DNA of 64,000 nucleotides, taken from NCBI RefSeq assembly GCF_009914755.1, contig NC_060934.1; one strand, given 5' to 3'. The notes beneath the pieces were generated by a model that was given only the letters and a program-made list of their open reading frames with translations, was not told the DNA's origin and ran no database searches. The translations under genes were made by a program, and so were the position numbers. The stretch comes from the human T2T-CHM13v2.0 reference genome, Homo sapiens. How positions within the stretch are numbered: the stretch's first letter is position 1; each line of letters starts with the position of its first letter. Shown in pieces: positions 54,539 to 64,000 of the stretch.

Positions 54539-55558
54539 ATGAGAAGCAACCAGAAAACCAACTCTGGTGATATGACAAAACAAGGCCCTTTAACACCCCC
54601 AAAAAATCACACTGGTTCACCAGCAATGGATCCAAACCAAGAAGAAATCCCTGATTTACCTGAAAAAGAATTCAGGAGGTTAGTTATTAAACTAATCAGG
54701 GAGGCACCAGAGAAAGGTGAAGCCCAGTGCAAGGAAATCCAAAAAACAATACAAGAAGTGAAGGGAGAAATATTCAAGGAAATAGATAGCATAAAGAGAA
54801 AGCAATCAAAACTACAGGAAACATTGGACACACTTATAGAATTGCAAAATGTTCTGGAAAGTCTCAGCAATAGAACTGAACAAGTAGAAGAAAGAAATTC
54901 AGATCTCAAGGATAAGGTCTTCAAATTAACCCAATCCAACAAAGACAAAGAAAAAATAATAAGAAAACATGAACAAAGCCTCCAAGAAGTCTCGGATTAT
55001 GTTAAGTGATGAAACCTAAGAATAATTGGTGTTCCTGAGGAAGAAGAGAAATCTCAAAGTTCGGAAAACATATTTGGGGGAATAATCGAGGAAAACTTCC
55101 CTGGCCTTGCTAGAGACCTAAACACCCAAATACAAGAAGCACAAAAATCACCTGGGAAATTCCTCACAAAAAGATCATCACCTAGGCATATTGTCATCAG
55201 GTTATCTAAAGTTAAGATGAAGGAAAGAATCTTAAGAGCTGTGAGACAGAAACACCAGGTAACCTATAAAAGAAAACCTGTCAGATTAACAGCAGATTTC
55301 TCAGCAGAAACCCTACAAGCTAGAAGGGATTGGGGCCCTATCTTCAGCCTCCTGAAACAAAACAATTATCAGTCAAGAATTTTGAATCCAGCGAAACTAA
55401 GCATCATATATGATGGAAAAATACAGTCTTTTTCAGACAAACAAATGTTAAGAGAATTCGCCACTACCAAGCCACCACTACAAGAACTGCTAAAAGGAGC
55501 TCTGAACTTTGAAACAAATCCTGGAAACACATCAAAACAGAACCTCTTTAAAGCATAA
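54539..55558 (+). pseudogene. L1 ORF1p remnant (premature stop near 55007)
   Basis: ORFs 54539-55009 (coiled coil) and 55217-55558 (KERILRAVRQKHQVTYK..PVRLTADFSAETLQARRDW). Confidence 0.9.
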
Positions 55559-55647
55559 ATCACACAGGACCTATAAAACAAAAATACAAGTTAAAAAGCA
55601 AAAACAAAAACCAAAAAAACCAAGGTACACAGGCAACAAGCAGCAGG

Positions 55648-59800
<4,153 letters not shown>

Positions 59801-60501
59801 AGGTATGAGGATGCAAAGGCATAAGTATGGTTCAGTGGACTTTGGGGACTTGGTGGGAAGAGTGGGAGGGGAGCAAGCGATACAAGACTACAAATAGGGT
59901 GCAGTGTATACTGCTCAAGTGATGGGCACAGCAAAATCTTACAAATCACCACTAAAGAACTTACTCATGTAACCAAATACCACCTTTACCCCAATAACTT
60001 ATGGGAAAAAAATCAGTGAATAACTTATTTAGATTTTTTTGGATTAAGGTAGAATACGAAAGGTGAAATAAATAAATAAATATAGCTTTGAATTCGTATT
60101 TCTTTCTATTGCTCCAATCTCTGCTTCAGGAATCTATTAGATCTCTATCCTCAGTTCTGCACATCATCTCCTTTCTGATTATTTTTTAAACATTTTGTTT
60201 TTCACTCTGCAAGAGGTTGTCTCAAGTTTGTCTTCCACATTGCTATACCTATTTTTTTCAGGACTATTTCTGTTATTTACTATGTTCAATGAACATTTTA
60301 ATTGTTATTATAATTTTAGTTTCCTTGTAATCTTTTCTTGTCTCCTTTAGCTCACCTTATTGTCTGACTCTCATTTAAATTTTTTTCCATTTTATGTATA
60401 TTATGTATGTGTTTTCCATATACAGCAGACTATATGTAACTTACATGATAGTTCTGAAGCACATGAGAACCTACCATCCACTGTAAAAGCTACTGTAATA
60501 G

Positions 60502-62130
<1,629 letters not shown>

Positions 62131-62424
62131 AAAAACTGAAAAAGAACTCCTTCCAAGTAGGGAATCTTTATTTTCTCTTTGTGCTTTGAAGGTGAAAGTT
62201 CCCAATTATGTACTTTTTCTCTATTAAGAAATGGTCCTAGATCTTTTATAATGAAAATAAATCTTTAATGGAGGAGAAAATGTGAAAACCTTTTCAGTTT
62301 AGAGAATTAAGTCAAAAAACATTTTATTTTTAGGAGTTTGCTATTAACCATTTAGTAGTATGCAAAGCAATAAGGAAAATACAGTGTTAACCCCCAAACT
62401 TGTCCTGTTGGCAGATTCACTGAT

Positions 62425-62760
62425 TTTCCCTTTCTTTCTCCTTTTCTTTCTTTTTTTTTGAGACAAGGTCTTGCTTTGCTGCCCATGCTGGAGTGCAGTG
62501 GTGTGTAACCACAGCTCATCGCAGCCTCGACCTCCTGGGCTCAAGTGATCCTCCTGCCTCAGGTTCCCCCAGTCTCACAAGTAGCCAGGAATACAGGTGT
62601 GCACCACTATACCCAGCTAACTTTTAATTTTTTTTGTAGAGACAGGGTCTTGCTATGTTGCCCACTCTGGTCTTAAACTCCTGATCACTCCTCAAGTGAT
62701 CCTCCCAGCTTGGCCTCACAAAGCACTGGGATTTACAGGCGTCAGCTTCTGAACCCGGCC
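62425..62760 (-). mobile_element. AluJ element
   Basis: Antisense CCTCCTGGGCTCAAGTGATCCTCCTGCCTCAG, AluJ diagnostics. Confidence 0.9.
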
Positions 62761-64000
62761 TGATTTTCCGTTTCTAGAGAGTGCTTCCAAAGTGCTTCTA
62801 CGTTTGTCTTCTCCCTACCTACCCTTTTGATATTCTATGAAAACCATTTGTGATAGATCTCTTCATTTCCATTTCCAAAAGTGTACATTACTGGACAGAA
62901 GCCTTCATTTTTTACTCCCATCCCCAATTCAAGGATAGTGTAACCAGGTAAAGCATGTGACATAGGTAATAGCTGTATGCTTCTCGTATACTGTAGGCAA
63001 ATGTTTGCTCTTTTTGCTTTTATAAATATCTGTTTAAAATTAGCGCATGCATATTGCTTAAGCACACATATATTTGTAATGAAGTTGTGTGTTTATGTGT
63101 ATACGAATAGGTTAATAAACATAAAATTTAGAATAATGGTTACCTTGGGTGGGACAGGAGAAATCAGGGAAATGGGGTAGTAAGGTAACTCATAGGTTGA
63201 TGGGAGTTATTGGTAATGTTTTAGTTTTGGGGTGGAGTGGTGGATTCACAGGCCCTGAGTGTATTATTTTGCTTTAAAAGTAACATATAGGCACAGATAA
63301 TGTTTTGTATGTGTCAAATAATATATTTAAAACATAATACATGAAAAGTTTTATATTATTTGTTTATCAGAGCTTCCTTTAGGAAGACGACGTTATTGAC
63401 CCAGGTATAGGCTGCCATCTCTGAATTGTTTTACCCAAAGAGAGAAGAGTTTATGATGATTTGCTGTTAGTTTACCATGTCTTCCCTCAGGGCAATGGAG
63501 GGTTTTGGTTTTTAAGTTGGCTAATAGTGGGTTGAAAGCCAGGTGAATATGGAATTTTCACCTTTTCTTAGCTCCATGTACCATTTTCAGACTCCTTTTT
63601 CATCCTTGCATTTCTCTCGGTTCCCTATCTATTCTAGCTATTTTTTTCAAACTCCGTCCTCCCCCTCTCTATCCTTATCATGTCCTTATGTAATCCAGCT
63701 CTCAGCAGAATCAAATTAGAGTTCCATGCTCACCTCCCTCCTCCCTTTGTTCCTCCTTCTTCTCTTCTTTCCTTCCCTTCTTCCCTCCCCATCTTTCTTT
63801 CATTTTATTATGAATGGGTTCCATTTTTATAATCATAAATAAAATGAAACAAATGAAATGACTCCTGAATATTTCTTAAGGCAATGACATGAAAATGCAT
63901 AAAAGTTATCTTTATGCAGAGGATAGGAAAAAAAGAAAGAATACACAGACACATCTAACAATAACAACAACAAAGACATTGCCTAGAAGATGGAAGGTAA

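Overview
Human (primate) genomic DNA, recognisable as the HPS1-HPSE2 locus (10q24.2). Both genes lie on the minus strand. The left end holds the HPS1 CpG-island promoter, non-coding exon 1 (ends at 2785) and non-coding exon 2 (1278-1382). The HPS1 ATG exon is outside the window to the left. The middle holds the 3' end of HPSE2 (heparanase-2): coding exons 10 (46061-46206), 11 (38646-38792) and 12 (15550-15715 coding), plus a ~2.5 kb 3' UTR ending after an AATAAA at 13078-13083. The rest is intronic or intergenic and rich in repeats: about 18 Alus, MIR/L2/CR1 fragments, old L1M pieces, an L1PA3-type 3' fragment, a near full-length L1PB, a solo LTR10C-type LTR, MLT1 LTRs and MER DNA transposons. 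Nearly all ORFs in the supplied track are spurious or repeat-derived. I see no new protein-coding system. The most interesting unexplained signals are: (i) three in-frame upstream AUGs in HPS1 exon 2 forming a stop-free uORF that should overlap the HPS1 start; (ii) an orphan CpG island in HPSE2 intron 11 with plus-strand splice signals suggesting an antisense transcript; (iii) a GATA+NF-E2/ARE composite site; (iv) a sense-oriented LTR10 promoter upstream of HPSE2 exon 10; (v) an apparent L1 3' transduction. Gene identities, exon numbering and repeat subfamily names are from recognition and memory, not database searches. Repeat boundaries without TSDs are approximate.
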